NCBI GenBank assembly: GCA_041660165.1
Contig: JBAZWW010000001.1
Location: 105,035 to 169,034 of the forward strand
Reading direction: 5' to 3'
Length of the DNA stretch: 64,000 nucleotides
From: Patescibacteria group bacterium
GTDB lineage: Bacteria; Patescibacteriota; Patescibacteriia; UBA9934
Part shown: piece after piece, positions 16,952 through 25,794 of the stretch
Numbering within the stretch: the stretch's first letter is position 1
How the letters are laid out: each line of letters starts with the position of its first letter
Position numbers and translations under genes: made by a program
The notes under the pieces: generated by a model
The model's database searches: none
Told to the model about the DNA's origin: nothing
What the model saw: the letters and a program-made list of their open reading frames with translations, nothing else

Positions 16952-17983
16952 GTGGTAGAGTTAGTCAATATGGTCAACAGTCTTGCACGAATCGCCAGTG
17001 AAAACGTCTCTACTATTGTGGAACACGTTTTTGCGGTAACGAAAGCTGAAAAATCCTTAATCGTGTTTGACCGTCAGTGCGAGCTCGCAAAAATACTCGC
17101 CGGCGCCTATCAAACTGCCTTGCCAGGGGCTACGGTGGTTGAGTTTGCGGAAGACAAGGCGCCGGAAATACTCGCCATCATTGAAAGCTTGAAGGCCGGT
17201 GATTTCGTGGCGCTTATTCAATCATCGAGTTTTCGTTTGAACGAGTTTCGGCTCCGTGTCGAGCTCTTTAAGAAAGGACTGAAGGTGGTCGAGCATCCGC
17301 ACCTCGATCGGATGAAGAGTGAAGCGGACATCGCTACCTACATTGACTCGCTGGCGTATGATTCGGCGTATTACCGAACCGTTGGTCGGGCCTTGAAAAC
17401 GGCCATTGATCGTGCGCAGAAAATTGTCGTCGAGTCTGACGGTTCAGTGCTCGAATATCTCGGGCCGTTTGAGGATGCAAAATTGAACATTGGTGATTAC
17501 ACCGGCATGAATAACGCTGGCGGGCAGTTTCCCATTGGCGAGGTATTCACGGAGCCGAAAGATATCGCGAACGTAAACGGCACGGCCAAGATTTTTGCTT
17601 TCGGTGATAACCAGTTTCGTCTGAACATTCCCGCAGAGCCCATCGAGCTGTTCATCATTGGCGGTCGAATTGATCATGTTGAAAACTCCACGCCAGAGTT
17701 TGACGCCGTCCTTGAAGAAATCCGCGAAGGGGATGAAGCCGTGGTCCGTGAACTCGGCCTAGGGATGAACAAAGCGTACACAAGAGCCAGGACCGTCCCA
17801 GACGTTGGCTCCTATGAACGCATGTGCGGAGTCCACATGTCCCTCGGCGGTAAGCACGCCATTTACGCCAAAGAAGGTTTTTCGAGGAAGCACTCGCGAT
17901 TCCACGTTGATGTTTTTGTAAAAGTTGATCGGGTTTTAATCGACGGCAAAACAATTTTTGAAAATCAGCAATACGTCGTCTAA
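16952..17983 (+). CDS. Aminopeptidase, possibly M29 (AmpS/PepS-like)
   Basis: Overall similarity to thermophilic aminopeptidases. The family assignment is uncertain. Confidence 0.5.
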   Translation: MVELVNMVNSLARIASENVSTIVEHVFAVTKAEKSLIVFDRQCELAKILAGAYQTALPGATVVEFAEDKAPEILAIIESLKAGDFVALIQSSSFRLNEFRLRVELFKKGLKVVEHPHLDRMKSEADIATYIDSLAYDSAYYRTVGRALKTAIDRAQKIVVESDGSVLEYLGPFEDAKLNIGDYTGMNNAGGQFPIGEVFTEPKDIANVNGTAKIFAFGDNQFRLNIPAEPIELFIIGGRIDHVENSTPEFDAVLEEIREGDEAVVRELGLGMNKAYTRARTVPDVGSYERMCGVHMSLGGKHAIYAKEGFSRKHSRFHVDVFVKVDRVLIDGKTIFENQQYVV

Positions 17984-17986
17984 ACA

Positions 17987-18012
17987 AAAAACTCCCGAAT
18001 GGGAGTCTGTTG
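17987..18012 (+). terminator. Terminator candidate after the aminopeptidase gene
   Basis: CTCCC-gaat-GGGAG is followed by TCTGTTGATT. It has the same cccgaatggg loop as the terminator at 16644. Confidence 0.4.
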
Positions 18013-18026
18013 ATTGAGGCAATTTA

Positions 18027-18164
18027 CTTTTTTGCAGCCGCAGCTTTTTCAAGCTTAGCCAAGCGAACTGCCTTTTGCTTCCGGCGGCGGAATTCCGCTT
18101 CCTTTCGCTTCACGGCGAACATGGCGTTAATGTCCTTGCGGGAGGTGTGTTGTCGTTGGGGCAT
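18027..18164 (-). CDS. Small basic ORF, 45 aa (MPQRQHTSRKDINAMFAVKRKEAEFRRRKQKAVRLAKLEKAAAAKK)
   Basis: It lies between convergent terminators. It has no Shine-Dalgarno sequence and could instead be part of an sRNA locus. Confidence 0.2.
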
Positions 18165-18249
18165 ATGTTGTGGGTGGGTAGGGGTCGACCCATGTGTCGA
18201 CCCAATATGCCGAGAATAATAATGGTCAGGGGCGAATTCGTCAAGTCTT

Positions 18250-18293
18250 AGCTGAATATAAATTACGAAAGCCGGCAGCGTGGTTCTGCCGGC
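18250..18293 (-). terminator. Terminator of the 18314..18922 gene
   Basis: GCCGGCAG-aaccacg-CTGCCGGC followed by TTTCGTAATTTATATT on the minus strand. Confidence 0.5.
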
Positions 18294-18313
18294 TGATTGA
18301 GCCGAGTAGCGGG

Positions 18314-18922
18314 CTACTTCGGCTTGGTGGTGGCGTCCGTCAGCTTCAGCTCGATCGCTTTGCTGAGCGGAATCCATCCTCCGCGGTGCTTGGGGCAGTC
18401 GCTCGGCCGTACGTGCGAGTAGTCCATCCAGGCCGGGTCTAGCACTTGGGGATCGAACCCGTTGACTTCGCCCTTCACGAGAATGCGCTGACCAGCAAAC
18501 TCGTTCTCTGAACCATGCAGGTCTGGGTACTCCCGGGGGATGATGAAGAAGGAGCCAATCATGGGTCCCTCCGTGGCGTAGAAGACCATGGTTTCCGGGA
18601 TGGCGGGCGGGAGCGGAAACGTACCGTCCGTGTAGCCCAGCTCGATGGCCGCTTCCCGGCTCACGTAGTGGCCACAACTTGCCGGCGCGTTCTTTTTCAT
18701 GTACGCAAGCCAGCCGGGGTTCATGATTTCCAGCTCGCTCCGACAGGATGCGAACATGAGCGGGCGTTGGCTGTCAGGAAACGTAGATACGGCATCCTTG
18801 CAGGGACGGAGGTTGGCCGAGGCCAACACGACTTCGTCGAAATAGAACCCCTTCATGCTCCCTTCCGTGGCGATGAACACTTCGCCTCTTTTCGGGTACA
18901 CGAGCGCTGTCAGATCCGACAT
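18314..18922 (-). CDS. Hypothetical GC-rich protein with an internal tandem duplication
   Basis: EVFIATEGSMKGFYFDEVVLASANL is repeated as MVFYATEGPMIGSFFIIPREYPDL. Confidence 0.5.
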   Translation of the reverse strand: MSDLTALVYPKRGEVFIATEGSMKGFYFDEVVLASANLRPCKDAVSTFPDSQRPLMFASCRSELEIMNPGWLAYMKKNAPASCGHYVSREAAIELGYTDGTFPLPPAIPETMVFYATEGPMIGSFFIIPREYPDLHGSENEFAGQRILVKGEVNGFDPQVLDPAWMDYSHVRPSDCPKHRGGWIPLSKAIELKLTDATTKPK

Positions 18923-19023
18923 GTAACCTCCCTAGTCGCAAGTGAATGGCCGAGAGAGGTTAGCGAAAAAATCTCAAGAAGTCAACTTGACAGATCTACA
19001 GAAATGCACGAAAACTAGGCTAT

Positions 19024-20517
19024 ATGACTATCAATATTGAGCGGGGGACGGCGGGGACGGCGGGAGCGAATCTGCTAGTGATTCCGATTTTTGGGGGGAA
19101 GACGTTTACGCTGAAGAGCATCAAGGGGATTCCGGATGATATGTTTGATAGATTTTTGGTGCTGGCTGAGCGGGCCGAGTTTGCCGGCAAAGCGAATGAG
19201 ACGGTCTATCTTCAGTTGCCGGTTGGCAGAAATGCTGACGGTATTCTCGTCATCGGTCTGGGCGAGAAGGGGAAGGACGTAGCGGGTGCGGTGCGCGAGG
19301 TTGTGGGGACGGCGGGAGCATTTGCTCGCCGGGGCGGGATGAAATCCGTGGCGCTCATCCTGCCGAAGGAACTGGCGAAAGCGAATGTCATTGACGCGAT
19401 TGCTACGGCGATTCATCTGGGCGAGTACTCATTCGACATGTACAAAAAAGAGCCGAGCAAAAAGCATCTCGATTCATTTTCGATTGTTATCGAGGACAGG
19501 AAGCAGTTGCTGGCGTTCAGAAAAATTGTCGAGCACGCCGAGACGGTATGTGACGGCGTCACGGTGGCGCGAGACCTGGTCAACACGCCCGCGCAGGAGA
19601 TGACGCCTACGCATTTGGCGGAAGCGGCGTTGGAAATTGCTAAAGTCTCAAACGAGCTCATTACCGTCAAAATCCTCGACGCCAAGGAATGCAAAGCGTT
19701 GGGCATGGGCGCCTATCTAGCGGTGGCGCAGGGGAGTGACGAAGCGCCAAAGTTCATTCACTTGATTTACACCTCGCCAAGACCCTCAAAAAAGACGATC
19801 GCCGTTGTCGGCAAAGGAATCACTTTTGATTCGGGTGGTCTGTCGCTCAAGCCGGCTGACGGCATGATGACCATGAAGTGCGACATGGCTGGCGCGGCCT
19901 CAGTGCTTGGCTTCTTTGCCACGTTGTCGCGGATCAAACCGCGCGTTAATATTCACGGCGTGATCGCTGCCACTGAAAATATGCCGAGCGGGAAAGCCAT
20001 TCGGCCAGGCGACATTGTGAAATCCATGAATGGAAAAACCGTCGAGATCCTGAATACCGATGCTGAAGGACGCCTCGTCCTCGCCGATTCCATGACGTAC
20101 ATCCAGCGCGAAGTGAAACTCGACGCCATGGTTGACCTGGCAACACTCACCGGTGCTGTTGTCGTAGCTCTCGGCGAAGAAGTTTCCGGCGTCATGGGCA
20201 ATGACAAAAAATTGATGAAAGAAATATTGTCGAGCGCCGGTTTGGTTGGCGAACAAACATGGGAATTACCGCTCGTTGAAAGGTACTCAGTACTTATGAA
20301 GTCCGAGCACGCTGATCTAAAAAATATTTCGAGTACAAAATACGGCGGATGCCTAACCGCCGGCTCTTTCCTGGCCGAATTTGTTGAGAACACTCCCTGG
20401 GTTCACTGGGACATTGCCGGCCCGGCCTTTGCAGAAAAGCCCCTGTCGAGCTATCTCGGCAAGGGCGGGACTGGTTTTGGGGTACGAACACTAGTCGAAT
20501 GGGTTCGTGAGATGTAA
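19024..20517 (+). CDS. pepA: Leucyl aminopeptidase (M17)
   Basis: VGKGITFDSGG and NTDAEGRL motifs identify the M17 family. Confidence 0.9.
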   Translation: MTINIERGTAGTAGANLLVIPIFGGKTFTLKSIKGIPDDMFDRFLVLAERAEFAGKANETVYLQLPVGRNADGILVIGLGEKGKDVAGAVREVVGTAGAFARRGGMKSVALILPKELAKANVIDAIATAIHLGEYSFDMYKKEPSKKHLDSFSIVIEDRKQLLAFRKIVEHAETVCDGVTVARDLVNTPAQEMTPTHLAEAALEIAKVSNELITVKILDAKECKALGMGAYLAVAQGSDEAPKFIHLIYTSPRPSKKTIAVVGKGITFDSGGLSLKPADGMMTMKCDMAGAASVLGFFATLSRIKPRVNIHGVIAATENMPSGKAIRPGDIVKSMNGKTVEILNTDAEGRLVLADSMTYIQREVKLDAMVDLATLTGAVVVALGEEVSGVMGNDKKLMKEILSSAGLVGEQTWELPLVERYSVLMKSEHADLKNISSTKYGGCLTAGSFLAEFVENTPWVHWDIAGPAFAEKPLSSYLGKGGTGFGVRTLVEWVREM

Positions 20518-20607
20518 TCCCATCCTGAGTGCAACTGTCATCTCGAGCAAAGCGAGAGATCCGCATTGGCCGGCCAATCAGATCCCTCCTCACGTCGGGA
20601 TGACATT
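20518..20607. repeat. Dispersed nested-palindrome repeat, copy B
   Basis: TCCCATCCTGAG...GAGATCCGCATTGGCCGGCCAATCAGATCCCTCCTCACGTCGGGATGAC. It fills the gap between convergent pepA and the peroxiredoxin gene. Confidence 0.6.
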
Positions 20608-21130
20608 ACGCCTTACCGAGCGTCTTCTCCCCCGGTTCCCACTCAACTGGACACAGTTCGCCAGACTGCAGGGCTTTAAGTACTCGATAAACTTCTTTGA
20701 CGCTTCGGCCAACCGAACCGGCGGAGATGACCGCGTATTTAACGATGCCTTCTGGGTTGATGATGAAGAGACCGCGGTCAGCACTGCCGTCATCCTCATT
20801 CAACACGCCGTAATTTCTAGAAACCTGTTGCGTCGTATCGGCAAGGATTGGATACTCGACCTCCTGCAAATCAGCTTGAAACCAGGTCTTGTGCGACCAT
20901 TCGGAATCAGTTGACGCCGAAAGAATCTTTGCGCCAAGTTTGCCAAAATCCGCCTCCATTTTAGCGAATCCCCTGATTTCGGTCGGGCAGATAAAGGTGA
21001 AGTCCCTTGGGTAAAAGAAGAGGATGAGCCAAGAGCCTTTATAGGTCTGCAGGCTGACCTTGGTGAATTCGCCTTTACAGTATGCGGTTACGTTGCTAAA
21101 ATCCGGTGCAGGTTTGTTGATTGAGATCAT
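20606..21130 (-). CDS. Peroxiredoxin (AhpC/Tsa, 2-Cys)
   Basis: FFYPRDFTFICPTEI peroxidatic-Cys motif. The start is trimmed to the MISINKPAPDF ATG. Confidence 0.9.
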   Translation of the reverse strand: MISINKPAPDFSNVTAYCKGEFTKVSLQTYKGSWLILFFYPRDFTFICPTEIRGFAKMEADFGKLGAKILSASTDSEWSHKTWFQADLQEVEYPILADTTQQVSRNYGVLNEDDGSADRGLFIINPEGIVKYAVISAGSVGRSVKEVYRVLKALQSGELCPVEWEPGEKTLGKA

Positions 21131-21190
21131 AGTGTGAGAAGTATACAGGATGAACACAGATTGAATTAGCGTGACAGATTTAACACAGAT

Positions 21191-22420
21191 ATGAAAAAAA
21201 TCAAGCAATTTATCCCGCTTATAGTTGGCGTCCTGGTCATCCTTATCCTCATTGGCGTGCGCGCTTGGGGCCTGTCGCATCTGCCAAAGGATGGACGCTG
21301 GCCAAACGTGGCCGGGGGCATGTATGACAAGCCGGTCATGAAAAACGGCGTGGAGTATTATGTTCCACCGGATGAGATTTATGAGAATGGCTTGGGCAAG
21401 AACGGTCTTCCTGCACTCAACTCCGCTACGTATGTAACGGTGGCGGTGGCTGATGACGTGCTCGCAGACGACGTTGAGGGCATTGACGTTGCGGTGAACG
21501 GCAAACACCGCTTCTATTCATTTCAAATTTTGAACTGGCACGGGTTGGTGAATGACCGCTTTGGCGACAAAGATTTGCTCGTATCGTACTCCTCGCTCTG
21601 CGGGAGCGCGGTGGTTTATGACCGGGTAGTTGAAGACGGCATCACTAGAACCTTTGGCGACAACGGCCAGGTCTATAACAACTGCCCGGTGCTGTACGAT
21701 GACAAGTCAGAAGAGTTGTGGGATCAGGCTAACGGCCTGCTTATTTCCGGCCATGAGCACAGCATGCGCCTGGCCCGTTACCCTAGCGCGGTGCTGACCT
21801 GGTCTGCTTGGAAGGACGCTAACCCGAATGGGGAAGTGCTCTCAACTGAGACAGGTTTCACGCGCGATTACCGCCGTCATCCGTACGGGAATTACGACAA
21901 GAATGCGTCGCTCTTTTTCCCGACCAATAAAACGGATGCCCGCTTGGCTGTGAAGGATTTTGTGGATGATTATGAACTGGATTACTACGGTGAGGTTCAT
22001 GTGGGAGCCAGCGCTAAATTCCTGTCCTTCGCTAAAGAGCCAAACTACACCATGGATTCCTTCGGACCAGGCGGTTCATTTGTGGTGGACTTCACCGCCT
22101 TTGTTGATGCGAACAATAAAGCTCATCTCTTCAGCCGTTCTGTGGACGGCCAGCTGTTGACCTTTGTTCGCGAGAACAATGAGATCAAGGATAAGGAAAC
22201 GGATTCCCGCTGGACGGCCAATGGCCTTTGCATTAAAGGTAAAATGAAAGGCAAGAAATTGGACGAGATGAAGCCAACCGGGCGCTACTTCGCCTTTGCA
22301 TATGTATCGCACTTCCCAAAAGCTACTTTGCTTGGCGCGGACGCGTATGATCTTGAGCAGGCTAAGGCTGAAACTCCTAAGGCTGTAAATCCGCCAACTG
22401 AAATCAATGTCACACCCTAA
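21191..22420 (+). CDS. DUF3179-family protein with N-terminal TM anchor
   Basis: LVSYSSLCGSAVVYDR...GQVYNNCPVLYDDKSEELWDQ matches the DUF3179 YCPLC...LYRSNLVMYDR..SLWSQ pattern. Confidence 0.6.
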   Translation: MKKIKQFIPLIVGVLVILILIGVRAWGLSHLPKDGRWPNVAGGMYDKPVMKNGVEYYVPPDEIYENGLGKNGLPALNSATYVTVAVADDVLADDVEGIDVAVNGKHRFYSFQILNWHGLVNDRFGDKDLLVSYSSLCGSAVVYDRVVEDGITRTFGDNGQVYNNCPVLYDDKSEELWDQANGLLISGHEHSMRLARYPSAVLTWSAWKDANPNGEVLSTETGFTRDYRRHPYGNYDKNASLFFPTNKTDARLAVKDFVDDYELDYYGEVHVGASAKFLSFAKEPNYTMDSFGPGGSFVVDFTAFVDANNKAHLFSRSVDGQLLTFVRENNEIKDKETDSRWTANGLCIKGKMKGKKLDEMKPTGRYFAFAYVSHFPKATLLGADAYDLEQAKAETPKAVNPPTEINVTP

Positions 22421-23078
22421 AGGCCAGCTCTTCATTGTTGCCACGCCCATCGGCAACCTGGGTGATATTTCAGCGCGCGCTAAGGAGATTTTGTCGAGCG
22501 TAGATCTCGTGCTGTGCGAGGATACAAGAGTGACGAGCAAGCTCTTGGCAGCACTCGAGATTACGCCGAGCACGATGAGCTTTCACGAGCACACTGATCC
22601 TCTGAAACGAAAACAAATTGTCGATAGACTCGTTAACGGATCGAGAATCGCCCTCGTCACTGACGCTGGCACTCCGGCCATCTCTGACCCCGGCGGTTTC
22701 CTCGTTAAGGATGCCGTTGACGCGGACATCGAGGTTACGCCCATCCCCGGGCCAAGTGCCGTGATCGCCGCGCTTTCGGTTTCTGGCTTCGCGATCGACA
22801 GATTTACTTTTCTAGGTTTCCCCCCGCACAAAAAAGGGCGCAATGGCTTCTTTGCTGACATCGCCGGCCTTGAGCACGCGGTGGTATTGTATGAATCGAC
22901 TCACCGCATCACGAAAACGCTCGAAGCCCTCAAAGAACTCGGCCGACCGCTCGTAGTTTGTCGAGAGCTCACGAAGATGCATGAGACAATCTATCGAGGG
23001 AGCGCGGAGGAGATTCTGAAAAAACTTGATGAGACGAGTACAAAGGGCGAGTTCGTGATCGTGGTTGGGAGGGTGTGA
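22407..23078 (+). CDS. rsmI: 16S rRNA (cytidine1402-2'-O)-methyltransferase
   Basis: LFIVATPIGNLGDIS...VLCEDTRVT matches the tetrapyrrole-methylase-like RsmI fold. Confidence 0.9.
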   Translation: MSHPKGQLFIVATPIGNLGDISARAKEILSSVDLVLCEDTRVTSKLLAALEITPSTMSFHEHTDPLKRKQIVDRLVNGSRIALVTDAGTPAISDPGGFLVKDAVDADIEVTPIPGPSAVIAALSVSGFAIDRFTFLGFPPHKKGRNGFFADIAGLEHAVVLYESTHRITKTLEALKELGRPLVVCRELTKMHETIYRGSAEEILKKLDETSTKGEFVIVVGRV

Positions 23079-23084
23079 CGCCGA

Positions 23085-23185
23085 GTCATCCTGAGGAGCT
23101 TTCAGCGACGAAGGAGCTGATTGGTCGCTCAGATTGGACCGACGTATTCGACCCTGACGTAAGGAAGGGTCTAGAGGTGGCGGAT
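23085..23185. repeat. Dispersed repeat copy C, ending in the short hairpin unit GACCCTGACGTAAGGAAGGGTCTAGAGGTGGCGG
   Basis: It starts with the GTCATCCTGAGGAGCTTTCAGCGA terminal inverted repeat shared with copy P. Confidence 0.55.
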
Positions 23186-23198
23186 TGGATAAAGAATT

Positions 23199-23561
23199 AT
23201 GAAATATCGCGGGCTACTACTTAAAGAGGGGCTAACCGACGAGACGATTCTCAATGATCTTGTTATTACAAAAACCGATTATTGGGATGTAAAAAATTCC
23301 TCGGCAGATCAGCCCAAGCAATGGACCGCTGTTTCATTTGAAGTCGAAGGAGATCGAGCTGACGTCATTGCGGAAAACCTAAGCAATGTTCTGAAGCCAA
23401 CGGGCTGGTACCTAAACATGAATAGCAATGATACGGTTATGGTTGTATTTCCGGGGAAGGTTTTTAAATATCTTAAGGGGGATAGCGCAAAACGTGCTGA
23501 AGCTATAGAATTCGGAAGGAGCATCGAGATTCCGGATAGTCAGCTCGATTGGGAGGAATAA
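23199..23561 (+). CDS. Hypothetical 120-aa protein flanked by 34-bp inverted repeats
   Basis: Clean ORF of ordinary composition. No family recognised. Confidence 0.5.
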   Translation: MKYRGLLLKEGLTDETILNDLVITKTDYWDVKNSSADQPKQWTAVSFEVEGDRADVIAENLSNVLKPTGWYLNMNSNDTVMVVFPGKVFKYLKGDSAKRAEAIEFGRSIEIPDSQLDWEE

Positions 23562-23562
23562 C

Positions 23563-23598
23563 CACCGCCTCTAGACCCTTCCTCACGTCAGGGTCTGG
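23563..23598. repeat. Inverted copy of the short hairpin unit (CCACCGCCTCTAGACCCTTCCTCACGTCAGGGTC)
   Basis: It is the reverse complement of 23149-23182, with 2-3 mismatches. Confidence 0.55.
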
Positions 23599-23627
23599 CC
23601 CAGCGCACGGGAACCGCCGAAAAATAT

Positions 23628-25067
23628 ATGCCCAATTATTACATCACCACAACGCTTCCGTACGTTAACGCTGATCCGCATATTGGCCATGCGATTGAGT
23701 TCATTCAGGCGGATGCGATTGCTCGATATCGACGGTCACTCGGGGACGAGGTCATTTTTAATACCGGTACAGACGAGCACGGGCAGAAGATTTATAAGAA
23801 GGCGCTTGAGCTTGGCGTCGAACCGAAAATCTATTGCGACATGTTCGCGGTGAAATTTGAGGCACTCCGCGAGTCTCTGAATTTATCGTACACGAACTTC
23901 ATTCGCACTACTGACCCGAAGCATATTGCGGCGGCTCAGGAATTCTGGAAGCGTTGTGATGCGTCCGGCGATATCTATAAGAAGCAATATCAAACGAAGT
24001 ATTGCGTCGGTTGCGAGCTCGAAAAGACGGACTCGGATCTCGTTGACGGTAAGTGTCCGGTGCACCCAAAGATGGAGATTGAAATGCGTGATGAGGAAAA
24101 CTACTTCTTCCGCTGGTCAAAGTATGAGAAAGCAATTATCGACTATTACGCTGAGCATCCCGATTTTGTTGTTCCCAAAGAAAAGTTCAATGAAATTAAA
24201 AACTTTGTAAAAGGCGGGCTGAACGATTTTAGTATCTCGCGCCTCAAAGAAAAGATGCCGTGGGGCATTGCAGTGCCCGGTGATGAAGATCATGTCATGT
24301 ACGTGTGGTTTGATGCGCTCGTCAATTACATTTCCACGCTCGACTGGCCAGCCAAGGGAAACTTTGAAAAGTTTTGGCCTGGCGTTCAAGTGGCCGGCAT
24401 AGACAATCTGAGACAGCAGAGCGCCATGTGGCAGGGGATGCTTTTCTCGGCCGGTTTGCCAATGAGCAAACAGATTTTTATTCACTCGTTCATCACCGTG
24501 AACGGCCAGAAGATGAGCAAGTCGCTTGGCAACGTGATTAACCCGAAGGATCTCGTTGAGAAATACGGAACTGATGCGGTTCGTTATTTCTTGTTGCGCG
24601 AAATGCCGTACGGGACTGACGGGGACTATTCTGAGATGCGGATGGAGGAACGATACAACGAACTCGCAAATAACCTTGGCAACCTGGCCGGCCGGGTAGC
24701 TGCTATGGCGAACAAATATTTTGACGGCATGGTCGGCGAGGTACCGTTCGGCCATACTGATCTCGACGCTTCACTCGACGCCTCCATGCGCGAGTACAAT
24801 TTCAAGCAATATATCGAGCATGTGTGGACGGTGGTTGATTCTGCGAATCATAAAATCGACGTTGAAGCTCCCTTCAGACTCGTCAAAACAGATCCCGACG
24901 GCGCTAAGAAATCCCTGGCCGAGCTGGCGTCCATGATCCGCTGGATCGCCACGTCTCTTGCCCCGATTATTCCTGGCACCTCAGCAGAGATCCTAAAGAG
25001 ATATACTAGTGAGCGGTTGATTCACGGAGAGCCGTTGTTTCCGAAGAGGGACGCGAAGTCATCCTGA
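23628..25067 (+). CDS. metG: Methionyl-tRNA synthetase (short form)
   Basis: PYVNADPHIGHA (HIGH motif), KMSKSLGN (KMSKS motif) and a CxxC...CP zinc knuckle. Confidence 0.9.
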   Translation: MPNYYITTTLPYVNADPHIGHAIEFIQADAIARYRRSLGDEVIFNTGTDEHGQKIYKKALELGVEPKIYCDMFAVKFEALRESLNLSYTNFIRTTDPKHIAAAQEFWKRCDASGDIYKKQYQTKYCVGCELEKTDSDLVDGKCPVHPKMEIEMRDEENYFFRWSKYEKAIIDYYAEHPDFVVPKEKFNEIKNFVKGGLNDFSISRLKEKMPWGIAVPGDEDHVMYVWFDALVNYISTLDWPAKGNFEKFWPGVQVAGIDNLRQQSAMWQGMLFSAGLPMSKQIFIHSFITVNGQKMSKSLGNVINPKDLVEKYGTDAVRYFLLREMPYGTDGDYSEMRMEERYNELANNLGNLAGRVAAMANKYFDGMVGEVPFGHTDLDASLDASMREYNFKQYIEHVWTVVDSANHKIDVEAPFRLVKTDPDGAKKSLAELASMIRWIATSLAPIIPGTSAEILKRYTSERLIHGEPLFPKRDAKSS

Positions 25068-25170
25068 CGCACTGTCATCCCGAGCAGAGCGAGGGATCTG
25101 AATTGGCCGGCCAATGCAGATCTCTCGGCCGTCGGACGGCCTCGAGATGACAATTACGCTCAGGATGACA
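25058..25170. repeat. Dispersed nested-palindrome repeat, copy D
   Basis: GTCATCCTGACGCACTGTCATCCCGAGCAGAGCGAGGGATCTGAATTGGCCGGCCAATGCAGATCTCTCGGCCGTCGGACGGCCTCGAGATGACAATTACGCTCAGGATGAC. It shows outer and inner inverted-repeat pairs. Confidence 0.65.
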
Positions 25171-25179
25171 ATACCGCCT

Positions 25180-25659
25180 ATGAACTCGATAATTGTTGAC
25201 ATCATCTTCTTAGTCCTCGCCCTTCTTCTTGCCCTCCAGGGCTGGAAACAGGGTTTTGTTAGGATGGGCGGAAGTTTGATCGCACTCGTCATCAGTGTTG
25301 TGCTCGCTACATGGGGTGTGGCGTGGATCGAGTCGGTGACTGGCTGGCGTATTAGCGCGAATCCTGTGGTGTTTGTACTCGTGTTCCTGCTCGTGACGCT
25401 TATTTTGACCAAGCTGATGGGTTTAGCAATTACGCTCCTCGACCTTGTCAGAAAAATAGTTTCTATCATCCCCGGCATCGGCATTCTGAACAGCATTCTC
25501 GGCTTTATCGTCGGCGCGCTTGAGGCTGGCATGATTGCTCTGGCCATTGCGTACGCAACCGTGAATTTCTTTCCGGCGAGTCAGGTCAGAACAGCTCTCG
25601 TGCAATCTAGAACGATTTCTACCGCGGTTGATGTGCTCGTGAGGATGAATGTGCTTTAG
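25180..25659 (+). CDS. cvpA: CvpA family membrane protein
   Basis: Four TM helices; MNSIIVDIIFLVLALLLALQGWKQGFV is a typical CvpA N-terminus. Confidence 0.7.
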   Translation: MNSIIVDIIFLVLALLLALQGWKQGFVRMGGSLIALVISVVLATWGVAWIESVTGWRISANPVVFVLVFLLVTLILTKLMGLAITLLDLVRKIVSIIPGIGILNSILGFIVGALEAGMIALAIAYATVNFFPASQVRTALVQSRTISTAVDVLVRMNVL

Positions 25660-25675
25660 CCCGGTCGCGATGCTT

Positions 25676-25775
25676 CGTCCCACCCCGACGTGAGGAGGGG
25701 TAGCATGGAGGCCGTTGGATCAGATCGAATTTCAGTAACCAATTCGACCCCTCCTTACGTCGGGGTGGGAACCAT
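25676..25775. repeat. Dispersed repeat copy E (CCCACCCCGACG variant)
   Basis: TCCCACCCCGACGTGAGGAGGGGTAGC...GACCCCTCCTTACGTCGGGGTGGGAACC, a compensated-arm variant. Confidence 0.6.
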
Positions 25776-25794
25776 TTTGAGACAACCGACCACT

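Noticed and set aside
18027-18164. Small basic ORF as ribosomal protein S21
   Set aside because: The composition is similar, but the RRFKR and EKPS signature blocks of bS21 are absent.
18024-18677. 217-aa minus-strand ORF
   Set aside because: It has an Arg/His/Pro-rich composition. It lies antisense to the 18314..18922 gene and spans two terminators. Only its last 45 codons are considered, as a weak candidate.
25690-25794. Upstream extensions of tatD, the DciA-like gene (38014), cvpA (25114) and atpG (31555), plus ORFs 20507..20914 and 31469..31873
   Set aside because: The extensions read through dispersed-repeat copies. The ORFs come purely from open frames in the palindromic repeats. Homology starts downstream in each case.
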